Source: Acidobacteriota bacterium (GTDB lineage Bacteria > Acidobacteriota > UBA6911 > RPQK01 > JAJDTT01). Taken from it: DNA of 64,000 nt. The stretch lies in assembly GCA_965263035.1 (NCBI GenBank), contig OZ253580.1:4992001-5056000 (forward strand), in the 5' to 3' direction. The notes beneath the pieces were generated by a model, which saw nothing but the letters and a program-made list of their open reading frames with translations, was not told the DNA's origin and did no database searches. Positions 29,830 to 40,233 of this stretch are shown here, in pieces. Position 1 is the first letter of the stretch, and every line of letters begins with the position of its first letter. Both the position numbers and the translations under genes were made by a program.

Positions 29830-29863
29830 CGGCCTTCGGTCGCCACCGTTCGAGGAGGTTTTT

Positions 29864-30023
29864 CAGTCCGTGGTGAAAGTCCCGCGTAGCACCGAAACCG
29901 GGGCTGCGCCCGCCGGACAAGGCGCTCTGAGGGAGCATACCGGGAGTATGTGACCGAGGAGCAACGCAGTCCGCGCACGATGCAGACCCGGTCGAATGCC
30001 GCGCCGACTTTTGCCACGGGCTG
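29864..30023. mobile_element. MITE family A, copy 2
   Basis: Same TIRs and internal sequence as 6457-6618. No perfect target duplication. Confidence 0.8.
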
Positions 30024-30061
30024 ATATGTAGCTGATTGTTGGATTTTTTCAGGAGGACGCC

Positions 30062-30250
30062 GTGATGGCTGGACCCAAGGTCGAAGCGATTTATCAGTTG
30101 AATCCGAATCACGTGGACTGGCTCAAGCAGATGGCCGACAAGTACGATCTGGGAGATCAGGACAAGGCTCTGCGGGTGGTCATCGACTATGTGTTGACCG
30201 AGGCCGACGAGTCGACGGTCTTCGAAGACATCCGCTGTCTCTACTGTTAG
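30062..30250 (+). CDS. Small hypothetical protein with C-terminal CxxC
   Basis: AGGAGG RBS and host-like codon usage. Ribbon-helix-helix-like pattern ending RCLYC. Confidence 0.65.
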   Translation: MMAGPKVEAIYQLNPNHVDWLKQMADKYDLGDQDKALRVVIDYVLTEADESTVFEDIRCLYC

Positions 30251-30321
30251 TCGTTGTCGGCCGGATCCGGAAGCTCTATTGTTCCGGCCCGGACTGAGCG
30301 GTCAGGCACGCCGCTCTTGAG

Positions 30322-32043
30322 TCATCTCTTCCGGGATTTCCGGATCTTGGCCCAAGCGTCCCGCAGGGTCACGGTGCGGTTGAAGACCAGACTGTCCGGG
30401 GACGAGTCCTCCGAATCCGCACAGAAGTAGCCCAACCGCTCGAACTGAACCCGTTGGCCGCCCTGGGCACACGCGAGGCTGGGCTCAATTTTGCAGTCAT
30501 CAAGGACCTTTAGAGAGTCGGGATTGAGAGTCGAGATGAAGTCCGATCCGGCGCCGGCGTCGTTGGGGTTGTCCCTCGTGAACAGGCTGTCGTAGAGACG
30601 AACCTGGGCGCTTACGGCGTGGGCGGCGGAGACCCAGTGCAGGGTGGCCTTGACCCGGCGCCCGTCGGGTGCGTCTCCTCCCCGCGTGGCCGGGTCGTAG
30701 GTGCAGCGCAACTCCACGACTCGTCCCGCTTCGTCCTTGACGACTCCCACGCAGGTGATGAAGTAGGCGTATCGCAGGCGGACCTCCCGTCCCGGCGCGA
30801 GCCGGTAGAACCTGCGGGGCGGATCCTCCATGAAGTCCTCCCGCTCCAGGTAGAGGACCCGGGAGAAGGGGACCTTCCGGACGCCCGCCTCGGGACATTC
30901 GGGATTGTTGATGGCCGTCAACTCCTCCACCTGGTTCGGGGGATAGTTTTCGATGACCACCCTGAGTGGACGGAGCACCCCCATGACCCGGGGAGAAGTC
31001 TGGTTCAGGTGTTGGCGGAGGCTGTGCTCCAGCATCTGCGATTCCACCACGCTGTCCTTCTTGGAGACCCCGACCCGGGTGCAGAAGTCCCGGATCGCTT
31101 CCGGCGTGTAACCCCGCCGGCGCAGCCCCGAAAGGGTCGGCATGCGGGGATCGTTCCAGCCGCTCACGTACCCCTCCTTCACCAGCCGGGAGAGTCTCCG
31201 CTTACTCAAGATGGTCTTGGTGATATTGAGACGAGCGAACTCGATCTGTTGGGAGCGATAGATTCCCAGGTTCTCCAGGAACCAGTCGTACAGGGGACGA
31301 TGATCTTCGAACTCCAGGGTGCAGATGGAATGAGTGACCTTCTCGATGGAGTCGGACTGGCCGTGGGCGAAGTCATAGGTGGGATAGATGCACCACCTGT
31401 CCCCGGTGCGCGGGTGGGAGGCGTGGAGGATCCGGTACATCACCGGGTCTCGAAGGTTCAGGTTGCCTGAGGCCATGTCGATGCGGGCCCGGAGGACATG
31501 GGCGCCGTTGGGGAACTCTCCCATTCTCATTCGTTCGAACAGGTCCAGGTTCTCTTCCACCGTCCGGTCCCGGTAGGGGCTGTTCCGGCCCGGTTCGGTG
31601 AGAGTGCCCCGGTATTCCCGGATCTGAGTGGCGCTGAGGCTGTCCACATATGCCTTTCCGGCTCGAATGAGCTGAAGGGCGTATTCGTATAGCTGCTCGA
31701 AATAGTCCGAGGCGTGGTAGAGGCGGTCGTCCCAATCGAAGCCGAGCCAGCGCACGTCTTCGAGGATGCTCACCATGTACTCCCGCTCCTCCTTGGTGGG
31801 ATTGGTGTCGTCGAAGCGCATGTTGCAGAGACCGCCGTACTCTTCGGCCAATCCGAAGTCGAGACAGATGGCCTTGGCGTGCCCGATGTGGAGGTATCCG
31901 TTGGGCTCGGGAGGGAATCGGGTTCGGACCCGGCCCTCAAAGCGCCCGGTCTTCAGGTCGTCCTCGAGGATGGCCCGGAGGAAGTCCAATGACCGGGGCG
32001 GCCGGGAATCCCCCGCCACTCTTGGGTCCGGCTTTTTCGCCAT
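30322..32043 (-). CDS. glnS: Glutamine--tRNA ligase
   Basis: [17 protein letters not shown] (HIGH), LSKR (KMSKS-equivalent), [16 protein letters not shown]. Confidence 0.97.
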   Translation of the reverse strand: MAKKPDPRVAGDSRPPRSLDFLRAILEDDLKTGRFEGRVRTRFPPEPNGYLHIGHAKAICLDFGLAEEYGGLCNMRFDDTNPTKEEREYMVSILEDVRWLGFDWDDRLYHASDYFEQLYEYALQLIRAGKAYVDSLSATQIREYRGTLTEPGRNSPYRDRTVEENLDLFERMRMGEFPNGAHVLRARIDMASGNLNLRDPVMYRILHASHPRTGDRWCIYPTYDFAHGQSDSIEKVTHSICTLEFEDHRPLYDWFLENLGIYRSQQIEFARLNITKTILSKRRLSRLVKEGYVSGWNDPRMPTLSGLRRRGYTPEAIRDFCTRVGVSKKDSVVESQMLEHSLRQHLNQTSPRVMGVLRPLRVVIENYPPNQVEELTAINNPECPEAGVRKVPFSRVLYLEREDFMEDPPRRFYRLAPGREVRLRYAYFITCVGVVKDEAGRVVELRCTYDPATRGGDAPDGRRVKATLHWVSAAHAVSAQVRLYDSLFTRDNPNDAGAGSDFISTLNPDSLKVLDDCKIEPSLACAQGGQRVQFERLGYFCADSEDSSPDSLVFNRTVTLRDAWAKIRKSRKR

Positions 32044-32227
32044 GCGCCGATTCTAACCCGATTTGGCCGGCCCTGGGTAAACGACCGGTCCCAGAGCGTT
32101 CGGCGAGACCTTGTCCGTTCTGATGCGGTTCAATTCGTGTCGGGTGAAACACCCTCCCAACCGTTGTGACAATTGGGAGGCCGTCGATAACCGGTGGTCA
32201 CACGGACTTGACGAGAGGAGGCGTGAG

Positions 32228-32311
32228 ATGGACTACAAGACGGAAGGTTGGGTGCATGGAACGGCGCTGTCGTGGGCCGTGTTCTTCGCGATCGTCAATA
32301 TGAACAAGTAG
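32228..32311 (+). CDS. 27-aa small hydrophobic peptide (putative)
   Basis: GAGGAGG RBS 6 nt before ATG. Sequence MDYKTEGWVHGTALSWAVFFAIVNMNK. Confidence 0.45.
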   Translation: MDYKTEGWVHGTALSWAVFFAIVNMNK

Positions 32312-32376
32312 ATCCTCGTTATCCGCCTGCTTCATCGTGGGGATGGAATGTGCCATCCTGAGGGTGGAGGTGCGTT

Positions 32377-33477
32377 ATGAAGACAGGCGGGAACGCAGAA
32401 ACGACAGTGGAAAGATTCCGGACAGCGAGAACTTCTTCCCACCGATGGGGACGCCGCACGTTTCTGGCTGCCGCGGCCGCGTCGGTTCCCGTCCTGGGCA
32501 GGGAATACGGACCCTCGGCGCATCCGGTGCGCTATCCGGACCCCGACATCGTGGTGCTGGACCAACGCTTCGCCCGCTACAAGTTGGGCAATACGCCCAT
32601 CCAGCGTCTTTACACCGGAACCCTCTGGGCGGAGGGACCCGCCTGGAGCGGAGTGGGGCGCTACCTGGTCTGGAGCGACATTCCCAACGACCGTCAACTT
32701 CGCTGGCTGGACGAGGACGGACACGTGAGCGTCTTCCGGTCCCCCTCGGGAAACAGCAACGGGAATACGTTCGATTACCAGGGACGTCAGATCTCCTGCG
32801 AACATGGAACCCGGCGGGTTGTGCGCTACGAGCCGGACGGCACGGCCACGGTGCTGGCCGGCGAGTGGGAAGGGAAACCGCTCAACGCTCCCAACGACGC
32901 GGTGGTGCATCCGGACGACGGCGCCATCTGGTTCACCGATCCCGGATACGGGAGTCTCATGAACTACGAGGGGCACAAGGGGACGCTCCACATCAAGGAA
33001 GCCGTCTACCGGATCGACGCCGCGAGCGGCCGGATGGACAAGGTGACCGACGAGATCTTCAAGCCAAACGGGCTCTGCTTCTCTCCGGATTACAAGAAGC
33101 TCTACGTGGCCGACACCGGCGCCTCCCACTACCCGGAGGCTCCCAAGAACATCAAGGTCTGGGACGTGGTGGACGGAAAACGCTTGTCTGGCGGCCGCGA
33201 GTTCACCTCCATGGAGTTGAACGGAAAGGCGGGCTTCGCCGACGGAATCCGGGCGGACGTGGACGGCAACATCTGGGCCAGCGCCGGCTGGGTCGGAGAT
33301 GGATACGATGGAGTCCACATCTTCGCTCCGGACGGGGAACGCATCGGGCAGATCCGCCTCCCCGAGATCTGCGGCAACGTCTGCTTCGGCGGCCGGAAGC
33401 GCAACCGCCTCTTCATGACCGCCAGCCAGTCCCTCTACGCCGTTTACGTGGAGACCCAGGGCGCCCACATCTCCTGA
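32377..33477 (+). CDS. SMP-30/gluconolactonase family protein, Tat-like signal
   Basis: GRRTFL, WAEGPAW, NSNGNTFD, NAPND, FTDP.YG, PNGLCFSPD, ADGI..D..GN. Confidence 0.92.
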   Translation: MKTGGNAETTVERFRTARTSSHRWGRRTFLAAAAASVPVLGREYGPSAHPVRYPDPDIVVLDQRFARYKLGNTPIQRLYTGTLWAEGPAWSGVGRYLVWSDIPNDRQLRWLDEDGHVSVFRSPSGNSNGNTFDYQGRQISCEHGTRRVVRYEPDGTATVLAGEWEGKPLNAPNDAVVHPDDGAIWFTDPGYGSLMNYEGHKGTLHIKEAVYRIDAASGRMDKVTDEIFKPNGLCFSPDYKKLYVADTGASHYPEAPKNIKVWDVVDGKRLSGGREFTSMELNGKAGFADGIRADVDGNIWASAGWVGDGYDGVHIFAPDGERIGQIRLPEICGNVCFGGRKRNRLFMTASQSLYAVYVETQGAHIS

Positions 33478-33490
33478 CTTCGGGGATTCC

Positions 33491-35359
33491 ATGCCGCCGG
33501 TCCGGGTCGACCGAGAGCCGCCATTCAAGCTCTCCATGACGGTGGACTTCTTCGGTGACGGGGGCAGGGGGCTCTACACGCCTCAAACCCTCGACCTGAT
33601 GATGCGGGAGGCTCGCCGTCTGGGGGTCACCCGGGTGTATTGGCAGTACCTGGGAGACTTGGAACAGGACCGGTACGGCGCCGGAACCAACATGCTTCGC
33701 ACCCCTTGGGCGAAGTACGGGCCCCTCACGCTGGCGGCGATCGGGGAGCCTTTGGAGGCCGCCGTGCGAGCGGCTCACCGCCGGGGTCTGGAAATCTTCG
33801 GCGTCCTGAAGCCCTATCACACCGGGATGTCGGCCACCTATCCCGAAGGCTCGCCGGATTCGGATCCCGCAACGCCGATGCGTCGGATCGGGGGAAGTCT
33901 CCAGTGCTTCAACCCGTTCATGGAAAGGTTCCCACACACTCGGATCCAACGCCGTCCCGTGAAGGGTCCGCCGAACCTGCGGGACGTTCCGATCCGCCGG
34001 ATCCGGCTGATCAAGCGGGACGACTCCCCCACTCGAATCCGGGCACGGCATCTGGATATCTGGAGCAGTCCGGACAACTATCGGTACGGGTGCCGGCAGG
34101 TGGACTTCCAGCTTGAGGAGACGGTGGAACCATCCCTCCAGTAAAATCGAGATTATTATGGACAAATAGTTACCAAAAAAGGAGATCCAGTCCGGGTTCT
34201 CAGCCTCATCGGTCTCGATCTCCGAGATCGCTATCTGGTGGTGGCCACCAATTTCAGAGGTGGATCCACCGACTTCGAGAACACGGCTCTGGGCATGATC
34301 CAGGTCTTCGGTCCGGATCCCGAAGCCCTGCCCATTGTGCTGGCCACCCGGGACGCCACCTGGGTTCGGCCGCGAGACTTCCGGACTTACGGTCTGGAGT
34401 TCGACTCGGGTTACGGCACCCGTCTGCTTCATCTGGATGGGGTCTGGGGACCAGCGGCTGAAGGGTCGACGCCGAAAGAATCGCAGACCCGCTCCTGGCA
34501 TGAACATCGGGCCGAGCTGGGTCGGGGGTCCGGGGGCGGTTTCATCGCTTTTGCCCGGGGTAAGAACGAGTATCTTCCGGTAGCGCCGTGCGAGTTCTAT
34601 CCCGAGGTGCAACGGCTCTGGAGGTGGCGGGTCAAACGGATGTTGGAGAAGGGGGTCGACGGCGTCGTGCTCCGCGTCTCGGCCCATGGGACCCTCACCG
34701 ACGAGCCCTACGAATACGGTTTCAACCCTCCCGTGGTGGAGGCCTACAGGGAACGCCACGGAGTCGACATCCGGCGGGAGGAATTCGATCCGGACCTGCT
34801 GGGCGCTCTGCGCGGCGAGGCTTACACCCGATTCGTCCGCCATGCCAGCGCCATGACCCGGAGAGCCGGGAAGCTCTTCCAGCTGCAGGTCCACACCGAG
34901 GCCTTCCGTCCCGATCCCGTCTTCGGTCAGCTCATGGGTTTTCCGGCCAACATCCAATTCGCCTGGCGGCAGTGGCTGGAAGAGGGGCTGGCCGACGCCG
35001 TGACCCTGAGGTCCAGTTGGTATGAGGCCGCCGAGGATCCGTTGGATGGATCTCCACCCTGGAGGAGCAGACTGAGCAACGTTCTGGCCGACCCGGTGGT
35101 GGGAGAGGTCCTGGAGGTGGCGAAAGACCTGGAGCTTCCCGTCTACTTGAACCGTTACGTGGCCCGGGCCGTCCCGATCCGGGAATACGCGGACGATCTG
35201 GAGCGGATCTGGCGAGACCGCCGATTCGCCGGCTTCGATCTGTACGAGTTCTTTCACTTGACCCGCGCCACGCCCGACGGCTCGCGACTGGTTCCCGTAC
35301 AGGATCGGATGCGATACATCCGGCGGAAGGCCAGGGAACTGGGTCTGGCGGGGAATTGA
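33491..35359 (+). pseudogene. Glycoside-hydrolase-like TIM-barrel protein with one in-frame TAA at 34142-34144
   Basis: ORFs 33491-34144 and 34238-35359 share a frame, and the gap between them is open after the stop. GV..VYW, AAVRAAH..GLE, GVDGV.L, YGFN.PVV..Y resemble DUF187/GHL10-like proteins. Confidence 0.7.
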
Positions 35360-35384
35360 GGTTGCCGGAACGAAGCGCCCCGAC

Positions 35385-36263
35385 TCAAAGGGAGCGGACG
35401 TCCGCCGAGTCTCTCAGGCCGTCCCCGATGAAATTGACGGCCAGCACCGTCACGGCGATGGCGGCTCCGGGCGCCATCCAGAGCCAGGGCATCCCGGCCA
35501 GCACCGTGGGCGACTGGGCCTCGTTGAGCATTCCTCCCCAACTCGGCGTGGGAGGGGGGACTCCCAGGCCCAGAAAGCTGAGAGCCGCTTCCAGCAGGAT
35601 GGCGTTGGCGAAGCCGAAGGTGGCGATCACGCTCAGTGGGCCCACGGTGTTGGGCAGGATGTGCCGCAGGATGACGCGCGCGTGGCCGTTGCCCAGGGAA
35701 CGTGCCGCCATGATGAACTCCTTCTCCCGCAGCACCAGGACCTCTCCCCGGACGACTCTGCAGGTGCTGGACCAGCCCAGCAGCCCGATGACCAGGGTGA
35801 CCGAGGTGAGGCTGGGCCCCAGGAGCGATACGAAGAGCATCACCATGAGCAGGACCGGGATGCTCATCATGACTTCGGTGGCCCTCATGACGGCCTGATC
35901 GACGGCGCCACCTGAATATCCCGCCAGCGCACCCAGAAGCGAGCCGACCAGCGTGGAGAGGACGACTGCCAGGATTCCCACGGTCAGAGAGGTGCGGCTG
36001 CCATGGATCACCCGGCTCCAGACGTCCCGTCCGATCAGATCCGTCCCCAGCCAATGGACGGCGTCGGGCGCCTGGTTGAGACTTTCCAGTTCGATCTGGA
36101 AGGGGTCGTGCCGGCCCACCCAGGGAGCCAGGAGAGCGGCCAGGATGATGATTCCCAGGAAGACCGCGCCACCGCAGGCGAGCCGGTGGCGGAGAAATCG
36201 AGCCCAGGGTCCGGGACCCCGGCGGAGTTTCGCCGGTCTCTCTTCGTCTCGGGTCAGATCCAT
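35385..36263 (-). CDS. ABC transporter permease (DppC/OppC family)
   Basis: HWLGTD..GRD, EFIMAARSLG, HILPN, PPTPSWG, NFIGDGLRD. Confidence 0.93.
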   Translation of the reverse strand: MDLTRDEERPAKLRRGPGPWARFLRHRLACGGAVFLGIIILAALLAPWVGRHDPFQIELESLNQAPDAVHWLGTDLIGRDVWSRVIHGSRTSLTVGILAVVLSTLVGSLLGALAGYSGGAVDQAVMRATEVMMSIPVLLMVMLFVSLLGPSLTSVTLVIGLLGWSSTCRVVRGEVLVLREKEFIMAARSLGNGHARVILRHILPNTVGPLSVIATFGFANAILLEAALSFLGLGVPPPTPSWGGMLNEAQSPTVLAGMPWLWMAPGAAIAVTVLAVNFIGDGLRDSADVRSL

Positions 36264-37237
36264 GTTCTCTGCTTTCGGGTGAAGCGGACCCTGGGGTCGG
36301 CAATGGCGTAGGAAATATCCGCCAGCAGTGAGCTCAGAAGGACTCCGACTCCCACCACCAGGACCACTCCCATGAGCATGGAGGGGTCGCGGTCCGCAGC
36401 CGCCCGAACGGCCATGAATCCCATTCCCGGCCAAGCGAAGACCTGTTCCGTGATCACCGCTCCCACCACCACTTCCGGCAGCAGGAAGCCCAGGACGCTG
36501 ATGATGGGGATGAGGGCGTTCCTCAGGACGTGACGCAGGAACACGACCCGCTGGGACAATCCCTTGCCCCGGGCCGTCGTCACGTGATCTTCCCGCAGGA
36601 CCTCCAACAGGCTGCTCCGGGTGTGGCGCATCAGCAGGGCAGCGTTCCGCAGTCCCAGGACCGTTGCCGGGAGCACCAGGTGCCGGATCTGATCGGTCAG
36701 GTTGGGGATGGTGCCCAGGGTCGCCATGCCACCCGTCGGCAGCAGCCTCAGATGGACTCCGAACAGATAGATGGCCAACAGTCCCAGGAAGAAGGTCGGG
36801 GTCGAGATCAGGAGCATGGTCAGGGAACTGAGGGCGTAGTCCAACCGCGAATGCTGCTTGAGCGCGGCCAGGGCGCCGCAGGGGATGCCGACGACGATGC
36901 CGAAGAACAGGGCCGCGCCCATGAGCTTCAGGCTGACCGGGAGCCGTGTCCGCAGCTCGTCACCCACCGAACGGCGCGTCGCCACCGAGTAACCCAGATC
37001 CCCCTGGACCAGGCCGGTGAGCCATTTCACGTATTGGACGGGAATCGGTTGATCCAGTCCCAGCTCGCGGCGGCGCTCCTCGATCCACTCCGGCGATTGC
37101 TGGGCCAGGATGCTGGGATCGATCCGGGCCAGGATCGGGTCTCCCGGTGCCAGGGCCAACGCCGTAAAGGCGACGAAGGTGATGCCCAGCAGGACCGGGA
37201 TCGCGATGAGCAGGCGGCGGAGCAGGTAACGGCCCAT
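36254..37237 (-). CDS. ABC transporter permease (DppB/OppB family)
   Basis: YLLRRL, APGDP, LGLDQP..VQY, GDLGYS, TARGKGL, H.LRNAL, DPRVR. Confidence 0.93.
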   Translation of the reverse strand: MGRYLLRRLLIAIPVLLGITFVAFTALALAPGDPILARIDPSILAQQSPEWIEERRRELGLDQPIPVQYVKWLTGLVQGDLGYSVATRRSVGDELRTRLPVSLKLMGAALFFGIVVGIPCGALAALKQHSRLDYALSSLTMLLISTPTFFLGLLAIYLFGVHLRLLPTGGMATLGTIPNLTDQIRHLVLPATVLGLRNAALLMRHTRSSLLEVLREDHVTTARGKGLSQRVVFLRHVLRNALIPIISVLGFLLPEVVVGAVITEQVFAWPGMGFMAVRAAADRDPSMLMGVVLVVGVGVLLSSLLADISYAIADPRVRFTRKQRTWI

Positions 37238-37252
37238 GGAGCGCCTTCCGGG

Positions 37253-38872
37253 CTAGGGATTGAGGGTCCAAGTCTCGATGTTGCCGAATGTCCGGCGTGC
37301 GTCCTGATGCAGTTCAAACCCGCCTCCCAGCCGCTGGTGACGCGCGTGGACCTCGTCGGGCGCCCAGAGGGGCAGGAGTGGCAGGTCCCGGTTCAGCAGG
37401 CGGGCGGCCTGGAAGTAGAGGTCCCGCCGCCGTTCCGGGTCCACGGTGGCCGTCGCTTCCGCAAAATAGCGATCCAGATCGCAATTGGTATAGCCATACT
37501 GCCAGTCGGGCCGCCGGCAGTTGAAGTAGGTGGAGGTCACGTGAGGCCCGAGACCGTAGGCTCCGCCATGGCTCCCCGACATCTCGTAGGTGTCCCGCTG
37601 CTCATAGCGGCGGGCGATGAACGCCGTCGACTCCATGGCCTCCAACTGCACCCTCAGTCCCAAGGCTCTCAACTGTTGTCCGATGATGGGGTAGATCTGG
37701 GCCGCGCTGGGATAAGTCTGGTCGTAGATGAGGCGCAGCGGAGTCGCCGGGTCGAAGCCCGATGCCTTCAGCAGCCTCTTGGCCCTTTCCAGGTCATGCC
37801 CGTAGGAGTCCAGCCTCGCGTCCGGATCCATGCCGAGCGGGATCCCCTCCATGGCCTCGGCACGGCCGCGGAAGAGGGTCCGGGCGACGGCCTTCCGATC
37901 GATGGCGCAGTAGATGGCTTGGCGCAGGCGCCGGTCCTGAACCACGGGGCGGTCCAGGGCAAACCCCACCGAGATCATGCCGATGCCGGGACGGGTCGTC
38001 GTCTCCAGATGGGACAGGGCCGCCAATCGGTCATAGTCCAGTAGTTGAAGCCGCATTCCCAGGTCCAGTTCACCGCTCTCCAGTTGCGCCACCGTCACCT
38101 CGGGCCGGAGACGTTTCATGTAGACCCTGCGAATCAAGGGGGCGCCCCGGAAGTAGTCCGGGTTCGACTCCAACTCCACGTAGAGGTCCGTCAAGTATTT
38201 CACGAAGCGAAAGGGACCGGTTCCCACGGGACGAGTGGTGGTGAAAGGCGCCGACTGCACGGCGTCGGGCTCGACTCCGGCCAGGAGGTGAGACGGTATG
38301 ATCACCATGGACGGCTCGGCGAGTTTCTGCAGGAACGTGACGTCGGTTCCCCCAAGCGTGATTCGAACCGTGAAGTCGTCGATCGCCTCCAGGCCCTCGA
38401 GCCTGTCGGAGCTTCCCTCCTCATAGGCTTCCGCTCCGGCGATTTCGCCGGCGTACTTGACGTAACGGTAGGGCTCCAGGAGCTGGCGGCTGAAGCTGAA
38501 CTCCACGTCCCGGGCGGTAAAGGGTTCGCCGTCGTGCCAGCGGACGTCCCGACGCAAACGGAACGTGAAGACGCGGGCGTCGGGGGAGACCTCCCAACTC
38601 TCGGCCAAGTCGGGAAGTATGGTGGTCAGGTCCGGACCCAGACGGACCAGCTTGTTGAAGAGGAGGAAAAACATCACCGCCTGGCTGAAGGTCTCGTATC
38701 CGGACGGATGCCACATGGGCGTCAGATCTCCCTGCCACGCGAAACGGAGGCTCTCGGATCGGTCGGTGTCGCCGGCGGGATCGACTCCGGCGTCGGTGGC
38801 GGGGGCGCACGACGAGGTCCACCCCAACAGAAAGATCAGCTTGGCGAGCAGGACACGGCGGTTACGAATCAT
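37253..38872 (-). CDS. ABC transporter substrate-binding lipoprotein (family 5)
   Basis: PDLAESWEVS, V.WHDGEPFTA.DV.FS, PVGTGPF, NPDYF, LRQAI..AID. Confidence 0.93.
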   Translation of the reverse strand: MIRNRRVLLAKLIFLLGWTSSCAPATDAGVDPAGDTDRSESLRFAWQGDLTPMWHPSGYETFSQAVMFFLLFNKLVRLGPDLTTILPDLAESWEVSPDARVFTFRLRRDVRWHDGEPFTARDVEFSFSRQLLEPYRYVKYAGEIAGAEAYEEGSSDRLEGLEAIDDFTVRITLGGTDVTFLQKLAEPSMVIIPSHLLAGVEPDAVQSAPFTTTRPVGTGPFRFVKYLTDLYVELESNPDYFRGAPLIRRVYMKRLRPEVTVAQLESGELDLGMRLQLLDYDRLAALSHLETTTRPGIGMISVGFALDRPVVQDRRLRQAIYCAIDRKAVARTLFRGRAEAMEGIPLGMDPDARLDSYGHDLERAKRLLKASGFDPATPLRLIYDQTYPSAAQIYPIIGQQLRALGLRVQLEAMESTAFIARRYEQRDTYEMSGSHGGAYGLGPHVTSTYFNCRRPDWQYGYTNCDLDRYFAEATATVDPERRRDLYFQAARLLNRDLPLLPLWAPDEVHARHQRLGGGFELHQDARRTFGNIETWTLNP

Positions 38873-40004
38873 CGGGGCGTGGAGAACCGTCTCCTGCGGT
38901 CGTGCTGTAGAAGGTGGACCCGTCGGGATTCTGCCATTGGAACGGGGGCCTCATCTCCCGATCCTCCAACGGCAGCCGGACCTTGACGTTGCCTCTGCGG
39001 GAGGAGTCGTGGGTCGCCAGGATCAGTTCCAGGGCATTGCGGGCCGTGGTTCCGTTGGAGAGGGGCTCGCCGCCTTGTTCCACCGCCGCCAGCAGGTCTT
39101 CCAGCAGGTAAACCATGGGCGCGGTGTGGCGCATCATCTGGGGGAAAGGGTGCTCCAGGAGCTCCCGGAACACGCTCCCGGGATTGGTCTTCCAGAGCCG
39201 AACCGCGGTGGTTTCGATGCTGAGCACGCCCCGGGTCCCGTTGACCTCGACCCGGTAGCCGGCGTGACTGTCCCGGCCGTTGAAGAAGGCGCGGATCCCG
39301 TTCGGGTAGACGGCATAGGTGGTGCCGCCGAGATCCTGGCCCCGCTGGGTGGGAATGGCGACCATGGATGCTTCCGGGTCCTCGGAGTGCCCCACGATCC
39401 AGGAAGGGGGAGAGTCACCGGCCAGGTAGTTCACCAGATCGAACCAGTGGGTTCCGGAGAGGAAGAGGCGTCCGGGCCAGGTGGCGACGATGCTGAGGAC
39501 CTCTCCGATGCCCCCCTCATCCAAGAGCCGCCGTGTGCGCAGGATCAGGGGATCGCCTCTGCGGGTGTGGTTGACGGCCAGGCGAGTGCCGCTCTCGCGG
39601 CAAGACGCGATCATCCGGTCGGCCAGCGCCAGATTCGTGGTGAAAGGCTTCTCGCAGAAAATGCCCTGGACTCCGCTCCGGGCGCAGTCTTCGACCTGGG
39701 AGGCGTGGAAATCGGGGGGACTGGCGATGGCGACGATCTCGGGCCGCTCGGCTTCGAGCATCTCGCGGTGGTCCGAATAGAGGGCGTCGACTCCCCATCG
39801 TTTCCCGAAGTCCTCCAGCCGACCCCGGTCCGGGTCCGCCCCCGCCACCAGCCGGGTCCGAGGATGGGTCTTCAGGATTTCCGCATGTCCGTAGGGAAGC
39901 AGGATTCGGCCCGTCGCGTCCTGGAGCTCGTCCATGCAGTAGCTGCCCATGGAGCCGCAACCGATGAGGGCGGCGCGATAGATTTTGCCGGGGTCGTACA
40001 CCAT
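38862..40004 (-). CDS. Gfo/Idh/MocA family oxidoreductase
   Basis: IGCGSMG, CEKP, VNH.RR, GTHWFD. Confidence 0.9.
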   Translation of the reverse strand: MVYDPGKIYRAALIGCGSMGSYCMDELQDATGRILLPYGHAEILKTHPRTRLVAGADPDRGRLEDFGKRWGVDALYSDHREMLEAERPEIVAIASPPDFHASQVEDCARSGVQGIFCEKPFTTNLALADRMIASCRESGTRLAVNHTRRGDPLILRTRRLLDEGGIGEVLSIVATWPGRLFLSGTHWFDLVNYLAGDSPPSWIVGHSEDPEASMVAIPTQRGQDLGGTTYAVYPNGIRAFFNGRDSHAGYRVEVNGTRGVLSIETTAVRLWKTNPGSVFRELLEHPFPQMMRHTAPMVYLLEDLLAAVEQGGEPLSNGTTARNALELILATHDSSRRGNVKVRLPLEDREMRPPFQWQNPDGSTFYSTTAGDGSPRPDDS

Positions 40005-40233
40005 GTTCGTCGTGCTCGTTCCGTGAGAGGAGAAGCGTCCTTCTCAGGGCGCACCATCATATTGGATCGTGGTCCGCTTCGCGAGCACCGCCAGGAGACC
40101 CCGGCCCTTCCGGGTTCCCTCCACCGCGCATGTTGACCGGGCTCCGGAGGTTGGATATGTTTCGCTGCAAGGATCGGTTGAAGTTCTGCCTCGAGGGTTC
40201 GGAAAAGATTCAGGTAATTCAGGAGATAATAAG

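Noticed and set aside
34142-34144. Selenocysteine or pyrrolysine read-through
   Set aside because: The codon is TAA, not TGA or TAG.
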